The notes under the pieces: generated by a model
Told to the model about the DNA's origin: nothing
The model's database searches: none
The model's input: the letters and a program-made list of their open reading frames with translations, nothing else
Assembly: GCA_963785725.1 (NCBI GenBank)
Contig: CAWAWS010000020.1
Coordinates: 128,001-192,000 of the forward strand
Length of the DNA: 64,000 bases
Direction of reading: 5' to 3'
Source: an uncultured delta proteobacterium
Lineage (GTDB): Bacteria > Myxococcota_A > Polyangia > Palsa-1104
Made by a program: the position numbers and the translations under genes
In this document: positions 9,865 through 19,862 of the stretch, one piece after another
Layout of the letters: each line of letters begins with the position of its first letter
Numbering within the stretch: the stretch's first letter is position 1

Positions 9865-10395
9865 ATGACGGCGACGACGACGACGAGCGGCGTGCCGCGA
9901 CTGCCCGACGAGATCCGCCGCGAGATCGAGCACGGCGCCAAAGGCGGACGCATGACGCCGTGGCTGCTCGCGTCGCTGGCGCTGGTGGCGGCGCTCGTCG
10001 GCGCGCGGCGCCTCGCCGGCGGTCACCTGGGCGGCGTCGACGTCGCGGCCGCGCTCGTCATCGGCGGCGGTCCGCTCTTCGCCGGCTGGAAGAGCCGGCA
10101 GCGCGCGCACTATCTGGCGACGCTGACGACGCCCGAAGAATTCCTCGACTACTACCGCGCGCAGAAGCAAGAAGAGGCGCGCGATGCTCAGCGGCTGTTG
10201 TGGCTGCTGCTGTTGCCGCTCGTCTTGTTCGTGCTGCCGATCCTGTTCATGCTGCGTCGGCTCGGACAGCTGCCGCTCGACGCGCGTCTGGTGGCGGCGG
10301 CGCTCGTCGTCATCGTCGCGCTCGTGGCCTGGCTCGTGCGCCGCATTCGCCACGCGCGGCGCGCCTTGGCCGCGCTGACGACGCGCTCGACTTAG
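9865..10395 (+). CDS. Hypothetical 4-TM membrane protein
   Basis: Four hydrophobic segments; GC3-biased frame. Confidence 0.6.
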   Translation: MTATTTTSGVPRLPDEIRREIEHGAKGGRMTPWLLASLALVAALVGARRLAGGHLGGVDVAAALVIGGGPLFAGWKSRQRAHYLATLTTPEEFLDYYRAQKQEEARDAQRLLWLLLLPLVLFVLPILFMLRRLGQLPLDARLVAAALVVIVALVAWLVRRIRHARRALAALTTRST

Positions 10396-10409
10396 TGTAG
10401 GAGCCCGAC

Positions 10410-10769
10410 ATGGCGATCGATCCTCGCGGCCACGACCTGAAGCGCTATCTCGCAGACGACGACGGCGGTCCGGTCGTCATGCTCAACCTCTTGCGCTTCG
10501 CCGACGGCGGGCGCGCGCGCTATCGCGAATACGCGGCCGCGGTCGCGCCCTTCTTGGCGCGCGCCGGCGGCGAGCTCGTCTACGCCGGCGACGGCTCGAC
10601 CGCGCTCGTCGCCGAGGACGGCCAAGCCTGGGACGCCGTCTTGCTCGTGCGCTACCCGAGCCGCGCCGCGTTCACGACGATGGTGGCCGATCCCGAATAC
10701 CAGCGCATCACGCACCTGCGCACGCAGGCGCTCCAAGAAGCGGTGCTGCAAGCGACGACGCCGTGGTGA
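10410..10769 (+). CDS. DUF1330 domain protein
   Basis: GPVVMLNLLRF...WDAVLLVRYPSRAAF...YQ..RTQAL; AGGAG RBS. Confidence 0.88.
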   Translation: MAIDPRGHDLKRYLADDDGGPVVMLNLLRFADGGRARYREYAAAVAPFLARAGGELVYAGDGSTALVAEDGQAWDAVLLVRYPSRAAFTTMVADPEYQRITHLRTQALQEAVLQATTPW

Positions 10770-10786
10770 GGCGCGCCGGCTGACGA

Positions 10787-11749
10787 TTACGGCCGCGCGC
10801 GCCCGACGAGGAGCAGCGAGCCGACGGCGACGACGACGATCAGCGCCAACAGCGCCCACGACCAGGGATGGCCAAAGTTGAGCGTGTAGCCGATGCCGAA
10901 CCGCTTCTCCACCAGCAGCGCCGGATCCTCGCGGTCGACGTAAATGAGGCCCCACTTCCACTGAGCGTCCCGCGTGCGATCGGAGACCGGCCCGTCGGGC
11001 TCGGCAGCGGGCGCGGCGCGACGCGAGCCGCCTTGGCCGAGCCGCGCCAGCGCGACGATGACGCCGATCATCGCCAGCGGCTGCACGACCGGAAGCCAGC
11101 GCACGCGACCGAAGACCGCGATCGTCGCCACGGTCGCCGCCACCAGATACTCCGTGAGCACGAAGATGACGAGGCTCAGCCGGCGGAAGTCACCCTCGGC
11201 GGCGCCGGCGTCACCGCGCGTCGTCAACCGCCGCGACGAACGCTGCAGCGCGACCGCGAACGCCAACATCATCGCGCACGTCACGGCGGCGAGCGCGATC
11301 CGCGCGTACGGCATTCGCGCGCCACCGCGCACCGCGGCGACGGCGAGCAGCGCGAAGGGGCCGAGCTGCACGACCACGCCGCCGGGCAGCCGGCGCGAAC
11401 GCGGCGCCAGCGACGCCTCGCGCACCGTCGACGGCGCCACCGCATGCGGCAGCACGCGCCGGCGCGCCTCGCGGAACGCCAGCAGCGCTGCCGTCAGCAG
11501 CGCCGCCTGGCTCGCCATCAGGCCCAGAAGGTGCGCGCCGCCGACGGTGACGATGCCGAGCGCGACGGCCGCGCCCAGCCACAGCTCGAAGCGATAGCCG
11601 GCGACGATCTGCCGCCCTTCGTCGCTGCGCGGAAACGACGGCGCCACCGTCACCGCGAAGAACAGCTCCGGTCGCGTCAGCCGCGGCAAGACATGCAGCG
11701 TCAGCGCCGTCAACAACATCACGACATAGGGCTGCCACTGCGTCATCAT
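10787..11749 (-). CDS. DUF5808/DUF1648-type membrane protein
   Basis: C-terminal WKWGLIYVDREDPALLVEKRFGIGYTLNFGHP signature; ATGA overlap with the upstream hydrolase. Confidence 0.85.
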   Translation of the reverse strand: MMTQWQPYVVMLLTALTLHVLPRLTRPELFFAVTVAPSFPRSDEGRQIVAGYRFELWLGAAVALGIVTVGGAHLLGLMASQAALLTAALLAFREARRRVLPHAVAPSTVREASLAPRSRRLPGGVVVQLGPFALLAVAAVRGGARMPYARIALAAVTCAMMLAFAVALQRSSRRLTTRGDAGAAEGDFRRLSLVIFVLTEYLVAATVATIAVFGRVRWLPVVQPLAMIGVIVALARLGQGGSRRAAPAAEPDGPVSDRTRDAQWKWGLIYVDREDPALLVEKRFGIGYTLNFGHPWSWALLALIVVVAVGSLLLVGRARP

Positions 11750-13050
11750 CGGCCACCTCCTGCGGCGACGAACGCGGCGATGTCGGCGATGACCTCGGGC
11801 GCGACATGCCCCGCCTTTTGGTAGTCCGCGACGGTGCCTTCGCCGACGGTGAACAGGTGCGTCAGTGTCGGGTAGCGCTTCAGCCGCGCGTGCGGCCGGG
11901 CGCCGAGCGCGCGCTGCCAGCCGGCGAAGTCGGCCGGGCGCACCTGAATGTCGCGATCGCCTTGCAAGACCAAGATAGGCACGTCGAGCTGCGCCGCCCG
12001 CTGCGCCGGAGCATAGCCGCGCAAGTCGAGGAAGTAGCTCGCCGGGACCTTGACGCCCACGAAGTCGACGACGTCGGTCGGCTGGAGCTTGGTATCGCGA
12101 ATGCGCGCGAGCGACGCCTTGGCCGCCTTGACGTCGTCGGGTGTGCCGCGCGCCGTCATCTGCTCGAGGACGATTTCCTCCAGCGGCCGCGTCGCGCCCG
12201 CCAAGATGACGAGGCCGGCGACGCGCGGATCGTGCTCGGCGATGCGCGGCGCCAGCATGCCGCCCAAGCTGTGACCGAGCACGAAGATGCGCCGCCCATC
12301 GATCTTGTCGGTCTTGGCCAACAGCGCCACCGCGGCGCGCGCGTCGTCGATCGTCTCGTCGCGCACGGTAAAGCCGGCGGGCGACTGCGGATAGGCGAAC
12401 GTCCGCTTCTGGTAGCGCAAGACGGCGATGCCGCGCGACGCCAGCCCGACCGCGAGATCGTGGAACGGCGCGTTGGGCCCGACGGTCTCGTTCTCGTCGT
12501 GCGGCCCCGAGCCGTGCACGAGCACGACGGCGGCGAACGGCCCGGCGCCGCGCGGCAGCGTCAGCTTGCCCTCGAGCACGAACGGCGCCGCGCCGACGCT
12601 GACGTCGCGCTCGTCGAAGCGCTCGGGCGCGGCATACGCCGGCGGCGACCAGGCCGCGTCCGTCAGCTGCGGCGGCGGCAAGAAGAGGTGGGCCACCTGC
12701 CCGGCGCCGTCGAAGGCCACGCGCACATCGAGCGTGCCGCGCGCGAACGCGCAGTGCAGCACGGTCATCGGCAGCCCGTCCGGCATCGCCACCGACTCCG
12801 CCGACGTCACGCGCTGGAAGTCGCCGAGCGGACCGGTCAGCTGCTGCCACGCCGTCGCCAGCACGTCGGGGCTGGGCACGGCCGTCTTCATCCGCGGCGT
12901 CAGCTGCGCGTAGAGCGTCGCGAAGTCGTGCGCCACGAGCTGCGCCAACACCTGGCGCGCCGGGCTGTCCGACTCCGCCGCGGGCGCGTCCAGCGCCGCC
13001 AACGCGCACCCAACCCCGATCGCCCACGACAAGGCCCGTAGCGTTCTCAT
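11746..13050 (-). CDS. Secreted alpha/beta hydrolase with N-terminal DUF3887 domain
   Basis: Signal peptide; VHGSGPHDENE, GHSLGG nucleophile elbow, QGDRD, THLF; ATGA overlap with the GntR stop. Confidence 0.9.
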   Translation of the reverse strand: MRTLRALSWAIGVGCALAALDAPAAESDSPARQVLAQLVAHDFATLYAQLTPRMKTAVPSPDVLATAWQQLTGPLGDFQRVTSAESVAMPDGLPMTVLHCAFARGTLDVRVAFDGAGQVAHLFLPPPQLTDAAWSPPAYAAPERFDERDVSVGAAPFVLEGKLTLPRGAGPFAAVVLVHGSGPHDENETVGPNAPFHDLAVGLASRGIAVLRYQKRTFAYPQSPAGFTVRDETIDDARAAVALLAKTDKIDGRRIFVLGHSLGGMLAPRIAEHDPRVAGLVILAGATRPLEEIVLEQMTARGTPDDVKAAKASLARIRDTKLQPTDVVDFVGVKVPASYFLDLRGYAPAQRAAQLDVPILVLQGDRDIQVRPADFAGWQRALGARPHARLKRYPTLTHLFTVGEGTVADYQKAGHVAPEVIADIAAFVAAGGGR

Positions 13051-13442
13051 CGTTTCTCCTTGCTCAGCGCCGCCGCCAATTGGCGCAGCTCTGCGATCAG
13101 CCCCTCTTCGCCGAAGCCGTTGGTGCGCGCTTCGGCCACGAGCTCGGCCAGCCGGCGGCGGAAATCGGCCGCGGCGTCGGGCGCCGCCCGCGGCCGTTCG
13201 CGCTCGAGCACGGTGACGCCGCGCCGCCGCTTCAAGTCGAGCCAGCCTTCGTCGCACAACAGGCGATAGGCCTCGGCGACGGTGTTGTGATGCACGCCGA
13301 GATCGAGCGCCAGCTCGCGCACCGTCGGCAGCTGATCGCCCGGCTGGAATTGGCCGGCGACCAGCTGCGCCCGCAGCGCGTTGGCGATCTGCCGATACGC
13401 GGGAACGGACGAGCCGACATCGATGCGCATCACCCGGTTCAT
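13047..13442 (-). CDS. GntR family regulator, YtrA subfamily
   Basis: PAYRQIA...PGDQLPTVRELALDLGVHHNTVAEAYRLL; short C-terminal helix typical of YtrA. Start 13442 or 13430. Confidence 0.92.
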   Translation of the reverse strand: MNRVMRIDVGSSVPAYRQIANALRAQLVAGQFQPGDQLPTVRELALDLGVHHNTVAEAYRLLCDEGWLDLKRRRGVTVLERERPRAAPDAAADFRRRLAELVAEARTNGFGEEGLIAELRQLAAALSKEKR

Positions 13443-13487
13443 TGTCTGTTGTACACAGACAATGTACATGACCGGGCCGCCTGTCAA
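13440..13487 (-). promoter_or_regulatory. Putative GntR/YtrA operator and promoter
   Basis: Perfect 9-bp inverted repeat CATTGTCTG-N7-CAGACAATG (13440-13464); two TGTACA boxes (13450, 13463); TTGACA on the minus strand at 13487-13482 and TACATT at 13466-13461 (spacing only 15 nt). Confidence 0.65.
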
Positions 13488-13581
13488 GCGCAGCGCGAAA
13501 AATGGCCGATCGACGTCACCACGCGCGTGCCCGGCCGCACACCAGGGACGCGCGATCGCCACGACTTGCGCTGGTTTGCGG

Positions 13582-14658
13582 TTAACGCTGCTCGTCGAGC
13601 GCTTGCGCCAACCGCTGCAGGCCGCCTTGCAGCACCGGCGTTTTGACGCCGAGGCCGAGGCGGAAGTGCGCCGGCGCGTCGAAGAAGCGGCCGGGCACGA
13701 CGCCACCGCCGAGCGCGCGCAGACGCGTGCACAAGCGCTCGACCTCGCCGCGCACGAGCCGCGGGAAGACGATGGTGCCGTGACGCGGCCGCGTGACCGC
13801 CACGTCGTCGCGGCTCGCGAAGAATTCGTCGACGAGCGCGCGGTGCGCGTCGAGCTGCGCGCGCGCTTCGGCGCGCAACGCCGGCAGCCGCGGCAGCGCC
13901 CGCGCCGACAGCTGCAAGCCGACGAACGGCGTGTGATTCGCGAACAGGTCGTCGAGCCGCCAGATTCGCCGCGCCAACGACGGCTCGGCCAGGATCCAGC
14001 CGCAGCGCAAGCCGCTCAAGCCGTAGACCTTCGTCAGGCTGTTGGTGACGACGAACGTCGGGCCCAAATGCAGCGCCGGCCGCGACGGCTCGTCGAAGAC
14101 GGCGTCCAAATAGGCCTCGTCGACGAGCACGCGCGCGCCCACCGAACGCGCCAATTCGCCCAGCTTCGTCAGCGTCGCTTCGTCGATGTAGGCGCCGCTC
14201 GGGTTGTGCAGATTGGTGACGACGATGAGCTTCGTGCGCGCGGTCAGCGCCTGCGCGACCGCTTCCGGCTCGACGGCATAATCATGCTCGGCCCGTCGAA
14301 CGAACCGCTTGACGTCGGCGCCGAGATAGCGCGCCAGCATGACGAGCGGCTCGTAAGCCGGCTGCTCGATGAGCACTTCGTCGCCGGGCTGCAGAAGCGT
14401 CGCCATCGCCAGGTGGTTCGCCATCGTCGTGCCCATGGCCGTGACGACGCTGTCGCGATCGACGCCGTAATAGTCGGCCAGGCCGTGCACGAGCGGCGGA
14501 TAGCCGTAGCCGCCGGCCGAGCCCGACAGCTGGAGCGTCGACAGATCGACGTGCAGGTCGGCCATGTCGCGGCTGAACATGCCGCTCGCCGTCAGCGCGA
14601 ACGGTAGGATCGGCTGCAGCTTCGCCCACTCGAGGTATTCGGTCGCCAGCGTGCGCAT
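13582..14658 (-). CDS. PLP-dependent aminotransferase class I/II
   Basis: TNLHNPSG, VDEAY, NSLTKVYGLSGLRCGW (PLP Lys); TGATG coupling to the permease stop. Confidence 0.92.
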   Translation of the reverse strand: MRTLATEYLEWAKLQPILPFALTASGMFSRDMADLHVDLSTLQLSGSAGGYGYPPLVHGLADYYGVDRDSVVTAMGTTMANHLAMATLLQPGDEVLIEQPAYEPLVMLARYLGADVKRFVRRAEHDYAVEPEAVAQALTARTKLIVVTNLHNPSGAYIDEATLTKLGELARSVGARVLVDEAYLDAVFDEPSRPALHLGPTFVVTNSLTKVYGLSGLRCGWILAEPSLARRIWRLDDLFANHTPFVGLQLSARALPRLPALRAEARAQLDAHRALVDEFFASRDDVAVTRPRHGTIVFPRLVRGEVERLCTRLRALGGGVVPGRFFDAPAHFRLGLGVKTPVLQGGLQRLAQALDEQR

Positions 14659-16011
14659 CAGCCGATGCTCGCGGAAGATCGGCGGCGCCACAAGAGGTAC
14701 ACGGGCAGGCCGGCGAGCACGAGGCCGAGGCCGATGAAGCTCTGGCGCGGATGGCTCACGAACGTCGCCACGACGACGCCCCACGACACGGCGATGAAGA
14801 CGAGCGTCGTCAGCGGATGGCCGGGCGCGACATAGCCGGGCACCACCGAATCGCGACGGCGAAAGCGAAACAGCGCCAGCGCCGTCAAGCCGAAGAAGAT
14901 GAAATCGATGGAGACGACGTAGCTCAAGATGCCGTCGTAATGGCCCCATAGCGCGATGAGGGTGGCGAGCGCGCCTTGCAAGACGATGGCGGCGACGGGG
15001 ACGTGCGTGCGACGGTCGAGCTTGCCGACGGCGGCGAAGAAGAGCCCGTCGTTGGCCATGGCGTAGTAGACGCGCGGCGCGGTCAGAGATCGATTGGCTG
15101 AGGAAGCCGAGCGTCGACAGCGAGACGGCGGCGGCCAGGAACTGCGCGCCGCGGGCGCCGAAGGCGCGGCGCATGACGTCGAGCGCCGGCGCCGTCGCGC
15201 GACCGAGGCCGGCCGGACCGAGGACGCGCACGCACACGAACGCGACCAGCACGTAGAGCGCGATGACGCCGGCGACGCCGAGCAGCATGGCGCGCGGCAG
15301 ATTGCGCGCCGGGTCCTTGATCTCGCCGGCGACGAAGCCCGCCGTCTGCCAGCCGCCGTACGAAAACAGCACGGGGATCAAGGCCGCGCCCATCGCGCCG
15401 ACGAGCGCGAGCGTTCCCTCGGGCGGCGGCACCAGCGACGGCGCGCTGTCAGCGGAGGGTCCGCCGGCGAGCCACAGCCCGCCGACGACGAGCGCGAGCA
15501 CGGCGCCGATCTTGAGCAGCATCAGCACCGACTGCAGCCCGCTGCCGGCGCGCACGCCGACGCAGTTGACCGCCGTCAACGTCGCCAGCGCCAACGTGCC
15601 GAGCGCGCGATCGTTGGCCAGGACCTGCGGCGCCGTCGGCCACAGCTCGAGCGCGTAACGCGCGAACGTCACCGCGCTCGCCGCCATGCCGCCGGTCTGA
15701 ATGACGAGGAGCAGCGCCCAGCCGTACAAGAACGCGACCGCCGGATGATACGCGTCGCGCAGGTAGGCATATTGCCCGCCCACCTGCGGGCGGCGCGCGG
15801 CCAGCTCGGCGTAGACGAACGCGCCCGTCAGCGCCGCGACGCCGCCGATGAGCCACGCGGCCAAGATGAGCGCGGTCGTGCCGACGCTGCGCGCCACCGT
15901 CGCCGGCGTGACGAAGATGCCGGAACCGACGATGCCGCCCATGACGATCATGGTCGCGTCGAAGGGCCCGAGCCGCCGCTGCAAGCTGTCGCGATTGTCG
16001 TCGGAAGACAT
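14658..16011 (-). CDS. APC-family amino acid permease, interrupted by an apparent +1 frameshift at ~15084-15087
   Basis: GGIVGSGIF, AELAARRPQVGGQY, FSYGGW...GEIKDP. After removing one base the reading continues as SQSILTAPRVYYAMANDGLF into ORF 14658-15059. Confidence 0.88.
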
Positions 16012-16064
16012 GGAACGCCGGCATCATAGCCGCGTCGCGCGCGAACGAATGCTGCGTAGTCGCG

Positions 16065-17795
16065 CTATTCCTTCTCTTCCTGCACGTTGATGGTAATGCC
16101 CATCTTCTGCAGCGCCGACTTGAGCTCCGCCTTCTGCACCGACTTCATGTAGGCCTCGAGCGGCTCCACTTTCTTGGCCTTCACCAGCTCGAGCAGCGAC
16201 TCGTTCAGCGTCACCATGCCGAGGTGCTTCGACGTCTGCATGACCGAGAACAGCTGGAACGTCTTGGCCTGGCGAATCAAGTTGGTGACCGCCGAGTTGC
16301 CGATGAGCACTTCGTAGGCGGCCACGCGTCCGCCGCCGATCTTCTTGCACAAGGTCTGCGCGATGACGCCGCGCAAGGATTCGGCCAGCATCTGCCGCAC
16401 CTGCGACTGCCGATCGGCGGGAAACTGATCGATGATGCGATCGACCGTCGACGGCGCCGTCGTCGTATGCAAGGTGCCGAACACGAGGTGGCCCGTCTCC
16501 GCCGTCTCGACGGCGATGGCGATCGTCTCCAAGTCGCGCATTTCGCCGACGAGCACGATGTCGGGATCCTCGCGCAGCGCCGCGCGCAGCGCGTCCTTGA
16601 ACGAGCGCGTATGCACGTGCACCTCGCGCTGATTGACGAGGCACTTCTTGTTCTCGTGCACGAACTCGATCGGATCTTCGATGGTGATGATGTGATCCGA
16701 GCGGTTCATGTTGATGTAATCGACCAGCGTCGACAGCGTCGTCGACTTGCCCGATCCCGTCGGTCCGGTCACGACGACGAGCCCTTTGGTCAGGTAACAC
16801 AGGTCGAGCACTTTGGGCGGCAGCCCCAGCTGCTCGGCGGTCAGCAGCTGAAACGGAATGGCGCGAAAGACGCCGCCCGGCCCTTTGCGATCGCGAAACA
16901 TATTGGCGCGAAAACGCGACAGCCCCTCGATGGCATAGGCAAAGTCGGTGTCCGAGCGCTCTTCGTATTCCTTGCGGTTCTTCTCGGGACAAATTTCGTA
17001 GAGCAGCTTCAACATCACCGGCGGCGTCAGCGGCGGAAAGCCGGGAATCGGCTGCATTTCGCCGTGCAAACGCACCAGCGGCGGCATCGAGCACGACATG
17101 TGCAAGTCGGACGCGCCCATCTTCTTCATGGCGCGCAGCATCTCGTCGATGGCCGCCGGCGCGCCGCTGGCGACGGGTCCCGCCGGTAAATCGGGCGCCG
17201 CCACTGCAGTCGGGGCCGCCGCCGCCGCCGTCGCGCCCGAGGCCGGCGCCGCTGCCGCAGCAGCCATCGGGCCCGTCGGCGCGCGCGGCTCGGCAATCGG
17301 CACGAGCGGAATCTCGCGCGCCGGCGCCGCGGCCGCCGCCGGACGCGGCGGCGCGACGTCGGTGCCGGCAAACGCCACGCCCCCTTCGCGCGCCTGGCTC
17401 ATCGTCGACGAGTCGGTGTGCTGCGTGCGCGCCACCGAACGCGCCGACGCCAGCGGCGGCTTCTCGATCTCGAGCGGCACCGTGTCGCTCACCGCTTCCT
17501 GCGCCGCCGCGATGACGAGCTTCATCCGCGTCGGCCCCGACTCGACGTGACACATCACCGGCCGCGAGCCACGCGTGTACTCGAACCGGGTCGCGCCCGC
17601 CGACAGCAGCTCGGCGAACGCCTCCGCCGGCGCGCACTCCTCGACGATCGACTGCAGCATCTGCAACGTGATGTTGGTCGTGGCGCTGCGATCGCCGCCC
17701 GCCAGCCGAACGATGACGTTTTTGCCGCTCTCGAGGACGATGGCTTGCGCCTTGAACTTGGTGAGATACGCGATGTAGGTGTCGATGGCGGCCAC
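16065..17795 (-). CDS. pilT: Type IV pilus retraction ATPase PilT with N-terminal extension
   Basis: GPTGSGKS, TIEDPIE, LREDPDIVLVGEMRD, TGHLVFGTLHT, AVTNLIRQ (AIRNLIRE-like). GTG start at 17795 inferred. Confidence 0.9.
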   Translation of the reverse strand: MAAIDTYIAYLTKFKAQAIVLESGKNVIVRLAGGDRSATTNITLQMLQSIVEECAPAEAFAELLSAGATRFEYTRGSRPVMCHVESGPTRMKLVIAAAQEAVSDTVPLEIEKPPLASARSVARTQHTDSSTMSQAREGGVAFAGTDVAPPRPAAAAAPAREIPLVPIAEPRAPTGPMAAAAAAPASGATAAAAAPTAVAAPDLPAGPVASGAPAAIDEMLRAMKKMGASDLHMSCSMPPLVRLHGEMQPIPGFPPLTPPVMLKLLYEICPEKNRKEYEERSDTDFAYAIEGLSRFRANMFRDRKGPGGVFRAIPFQLLTAEQLGLPPKVLDLCYLTKGLVVVTGPTGSGKSTTLSTLVDYINMNRSDHIITIEDPIEFVHENKKCLVNQREVHVHTRSFKDALRAALREDPDIVLVGEMRDLETIAIAVETAETGHLVFGTLHTTTAPSTVDRIIDQFPADRQSQVRQMLAESLRGVIAQTLCKKIGGGRVAAYEVLIGNSAVTNLIRQAKTFQLFSVMQTSKHLGMVTLNESLLELVKAKKVEPLEAYMKSVQKAELKSALQKMGITINVQEEKE

Positions 17796-17976
17796 GCGAC
17801 ACCATATCGTGTCTCGCCGTCGCTGGAAAGTTCTCGCCCAAACGACAATCGACCGACAGTCCGCCCCTTGGCGCGATTCGATGATTCTTTGGCGCCATCG
17901 GATTGGGCAGCGGCGGCGCGCGCGCCTACGTTGTCCTGGCCGCCGAATCGCGGCGCAACCTGAAGGAGCGACGATC

Positions 17977-18852
17977 ATGTCCAAAGTCTGGCTCATCACG
18001 GGAAGCTCGCGCGGCCTCGGCCGCGACCTCGCCGCCGCCGTCCTCGCCGCCGGCCATCGCCTCGTCGCCACGGCGCGGAGGGTCGAAGACCTGCAGCACT
18101 TGACGACGCAATACGGCGATCGCGTGCGCGCCGTGGCGCTCGACGTGACCAACGCCGCGGCCGCGCGCGCCGCCGTCGCCGCCGCCACGTCGACGTACGG
18201 CCGCCTCGACGTCGTCGTCAACAACGCCGGCTACGCCAACATCAACGCCATCGAAGACGTCGCCGAGGACGACTTCCGCGCGCAGATCGAGACCAACTTC
18301 TACGGCGTCGTGAACGTGACGCGCGCCGCCCTCCCCGTCCTGCGCGCGCAAAAATCCGGCCACATCATCCAGATCTCGTCGATCGGCGGACGGCGCGGCA
18401 CGCCCGGCCTCGGCGCCTATCAGTCGGCAAAATGGGCCGTCGAAGGCTTCTCCGAGGTGTTGTCGATGGAGACGGCGCCGTTCGGCGTTCGCGTGACCAT
18501 CGTCGAGCCGGGCGGCTTTCGCACCGATTGGGCCGGCTCGTCCATGCGCATCGACGACATTCGCGAGGAGTACCAGGCGACGATCGGCTTCATCGCGCGC
18601 CGCAACCCCGAGCTCATGCGCGGCGATCCGGCGAAGGCGGCGCAGGCGATCTTGCAGCTGGCGGCGATGGAGGCGCCGCCGTTGCGCTTGCTCCTCGGCA
18701 CCGACGCGGTATTTTTGGCGGCGGATGTGCTGCGTCGTCGCGCCGCAGAGGACGCCAAGATGAAGCCGCTCAGCGTGACGACCGACTTCGACGGGATGGT
18801 AGACTTCGCGGAGACGCCGTTCGCGCAGCTGTTGACGAGCAAGAAGGACTGA
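17977..18852 (+). CDS. Short-chain dehydrogenase/reductase
   Basis: TGSSRGLG, NNAG, YQSAK, VEPGGFRT; AAGGAG RBS. Confidence 0.95.
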   Translation: MSKVWLITGSSRGLGRDLAAAVLAAGHRLVATARRVEDLQHLTTQYGDRVRAVALDVTNAAAARAAVAAATSTYGRLDVVVNNAGYANINAIEDVAEDDFRAQIETNFYGVVNVTRAALPVLRAQKSGHIIQISSIGGRRGTPGLGAYQSAKWAVEGFSEVLSMETAPFGVRVTIVEPGGFRTDWAGSSMRIDDIREEYQATIGFIARRNPELMRGDPAKAAQAILQLAAMEAPPLRLLLGTDAVFLAADVLRRRAAEDAKMKPLSVTTDFDGMVDFAETPFAQLLTSKKD

Positions 18853-19860
18853 ATGACGGACCTCGTGACCATGCCGAGCGCGCTCATCGATCGCCTGGTG
18901 GCGATTGGCGTCGACGTGAGCGCGCTCTTGCGGCTGTCGGGGCTGGTGCCGTCGCGCTTCGCGGCGTCACGGGCGCGGCTGACGACGGCCGAGTTCTTCG
19001 CGTTCTGGCGCGCGATGGAGTCCGCCGGCGGCACGCGCGCGCGCATCTTGCGGCTGGGCGCGGAGGCGCTGCCGCATCAGCTCGACGTGGCCTCGATGGC
19101 GGCGCTGCATTCGCCGACGCTCGAGGACGCGCTGGCCAAGTTCGCGCGCTACAAGCGCCTCGTGTGCGCCGAAGCGGTCGACGTGACGCGCGCCAAAGGC
19201 GAGGCGCGCATTCGTTTCCATTGGCTCTACGCCGAGCCGCACGTGCCCTTGCCTCTCTTGCTCGTCGACGTCACCTTCGCGACGATCTTGGCGCTCGGCC
19301 GCGCCGGTCTCGGCCAGTCGCTGACGCCGCGCCGCATCGAGCTGGCGCGCCGGCGCAGCGACGAGCCGCTCTTGACGCGTCATTTCGGCTGCCCGATTCG
19401 CTTCGACGCGCCGCTCAATCTCATCGTGTTCGACGAGAGCGCGCTCGCGCGTCCGTTTGCCACGCACAACGCCGACTTGTTGGCGCTCATCGTGCCCGGG
19501 TTGGAGGCGGCGCTGGCGGCGAGCTTGACGGCGCGCTCGGTCGCCGACGACGTCAAGACGACGCTGCAGCGGCGCATGTGCGGCGAGCGGCCCAGCGTCG
19601 ACAAAGTGGCGGCGGAGATGCACCTGAGCCCGCGCACGCTGCAGCGACGGCTGGGCGAATTGGGCACGTCGTATCAGGCGCTGCTCGACGACGTGCGGCG
19701 CGAGACGGCGCGGCGGCTCTTGGGCGCGACCGATCTCGACGCCGGCGAGGTGGCGTTCCTGCTCGGCTTCGAGGAGCTGAACTCGTTCACGCGCGCCTTC
19801 GCCGGCTGGGAAGGCGTCACGCCGAGCCGCTGGCGCGAGGACGGCCGGCAACGGGCGTAA
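18853..19860 (+). CDS. AraC family transcriptional regulator (Arabinose_bd_2 N-terminal type)
   Basis: LSPRTLQRRL...VAFLLGFEELNSFTRAF..WEGVTP double HTH. Confidence 0.94.
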   Translation: MTDLVTMPSALIDRLVAIGVDVSALLRLSGLVPSRFAASRARLTTAEFFAFWRAMESAGGTRARILRLGAEALPHQLDVASMAALHSPTLEDALAKFARYKRLVCAEAVDVTRAKGEARIRFHWLYAEPHVPLPLLLVDVTFATILALGRAGLGQSLTPRRIELARRRSDEPLLTRHFGCPIRFDAPLNLIVFDESALARPFATHNADLLALIVPGLEAALAASLTARSVADDVKTTLQRRMCGERPSVDKVAAEMHLSPRTLQRRLGELGTSYQALLDDVRRETARRLLGATDLDAGEVAFLLGFEELNSFTRAFAGWEGVTPSRWREDGRQRA

Positions 19861-19862
19861 TC

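Noticed and set aside
13582..16011. Apparent 809-aa permease-aminotransferase fusion in the ORF track
   Set aside because: Produced by the +1 frameshift at ~15085. The joining segment is off-frame Arg-rich sequence, the true permease C-terminus lies in another frame, and the aminotransferase has its own coupled ATG at 14658.
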